A stretch of DNA of 56,116 nt from Eubacteriales bacterium. Its GTDB lineage: Bacteria > Bacillota > Clostridia > Monoglobales > Firm-18. Each line of letters begins with the position of its first letter. Positions within the stretch are counted from its first letter, which is position 1. The position numbers and the translations under genes are program-made. This document shows, piece by piece, positions 55,528 through 56,116 of this stretch. The stretch lies in contig JAQVDK010000002.1 of assembly GCA_028697835.1 (NCBI GenBank), forward strand, positions 1 through 56,116, in the 5' to 3' direction. Below the pieces are notes generated by a model, which was not told where the DNA came from, made no database searches, and was given only the letters and a program-made list of their open reading frames with translations.

Positions 55528-55920
55528 ATGGCAGAGGTTTCATATTACGGTACAGGAAGACGTAAAAAATCAGTTGCACGTGTCCGCCTTGTTCCGGGCA
55601 CAGGCGCTATAACAATAAATAAGCGCAACATTGACGACTTTTTTGGCCTTGACACATTAAAGCTTATTGTCCGCCAACCCCTTGAGGCTACTCAAACGCT
55701 TGGCAAATTTGATGTTATCGCAACAGTTTCAGGCGGCGGTGTTACAGGTCAGGCAGGCGCAATCCGCCATGGTATTGCCCGTGCATTACTTGAAGTTGAC
55801 GAATCTTTCCGCCCCATACTTAAAGCCAAGGGCTTCTTAACACGTGACCCAAGAATGAAAGAGCGTAAAAAATACGGTCTTAAGGCCGCTCGTCGTGCTC
55901 CACAATTCTCAAAAAGATAA
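55528..55920 (+). CDS. rpsI: 30S ribosomal protein S9
   Basis: [14 protein letters not shown]...[19 protein letters not shown]...RAPQFSKR. Confidence 0.97.
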   Translation: MAEVSYYGTGRRKKSVARVRLVPGTGAITINKRNIDDFFGLDTLKLIVRQPLEATQTLGKFDVIATVSGGGVTGQAGAIRHGIARALLEVDESFRPILKAKGFLTRDPRMKERKKYGLKAARRAPQFSKR

Positions 55921-55957
55921 TTTGCTTTCTTTGGCATTTGGAGTTACAGCAAAATCA

Positions 55958-55987
55958 AACCCACCAGCTTATCTGGTGGGTTGTTTA
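55958..55987 (+). terminator. Intrinsic terminator after rpsI
   Basis: AACCCACCAG / CTGGTGGGTT stem with a 5-nt loop, followed by a U-rich tail (GUUUAAUU). Confidence 0.8.
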
Positions 55988-56116
55988 ATTAAGGCTCTAT
56001 ACTAAATGTTGGGGTATAGATAGAGCTTACAAAAATATTTTTAAAAAAATGTAGAGCATATTGAAAAAATCCTGTAAAATAGAATTGACTAAAACCCAAC
56101 TTCAAAGGAGAATCAA

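Noticed and set aside
1-56116. Search for CRISPR arrays, IS/transposase or integrase genes, tRNA or rRNA genes, prophage or toxin-antitoxin/defence modules.
   Set aside because: No direct-repeat/spacer array, no recombinase or transposase motif, no cloverleaf-like sequence in any intergenic gap, and no small paired ORFs. The window appears to be stable core chromosome.

Overview
This is a 56.1-kb, very gene-dense chromosomal segment with about 53 protein genes. It reads as core genome of a low-GC, strictly anaerobic Firmicute (Clostridia-like). The markers are PolC, a short archaeal-type ProRS, pyruvate:ferredoxin oxidoreductase, an [FeFe]-hydrogenase-family protein, rubrerythrin plus desulfoferrodoxin, and Sbp/DUF881 division genes.

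Layout, left to right:
- uvrB-uvrA and proS-birA-lgt (minus strand)
- a plus-strand envelope/glycosyltransferase islet (8.2-11.2 kb)
- MFS/hydrogenase-like, TlpA-CcdA and rbr-dfx redox genes, with a P-loop ATPase gene between ccdA and dfx
- aroF-pheA-galT
- the tail of a dcw cluster (PBP1A-murA-ftsQ-DUF881-sbp-ftsZ, with no ftsA)
- prmA and small membrane genes
- livJ/livHMGF plus an AcuB-like gene
- ruvX-DUF1292
- a 600-nt non-coding gap holding a promoter-to-terminator structured sRNA candidate (6S-like)
- nifJ
- a 13-gene minus-strand array: HAD-galU-pyrH-frr-uppS-cdsA-dxr-rseP-ispG-polC-rnmV-RACo-like
- rplM-rpsI

I found no rRNA or tRNA gene, CRISPR array, transposase or integrase, prophage, or recognisable defence or toxin module. 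I do not see a clear-cut novel multi-gene system.

The best leads are:
- the orphan structured sRNA
- the translationally coupled MFS/[FeFe]-hydrogenase-like pair
- the orphan RACo-like Fe-S/ASKHA protein fused to the polC-rnmV operon
- the TVP38-GT8-GT2/TPR islet
- the aroF-pheA-galT operon with its ATGA-chained mini-ORFs

Several ORF-track N-termini are over-extended, with non-ATG starts lying inside promoters or ribosome-binding sites; I trimmed these. All family assignments come from motif recognition by eye, not from database searches. Promoter, terminator and motif coordinates were hand-counted and may be off by a base or so.
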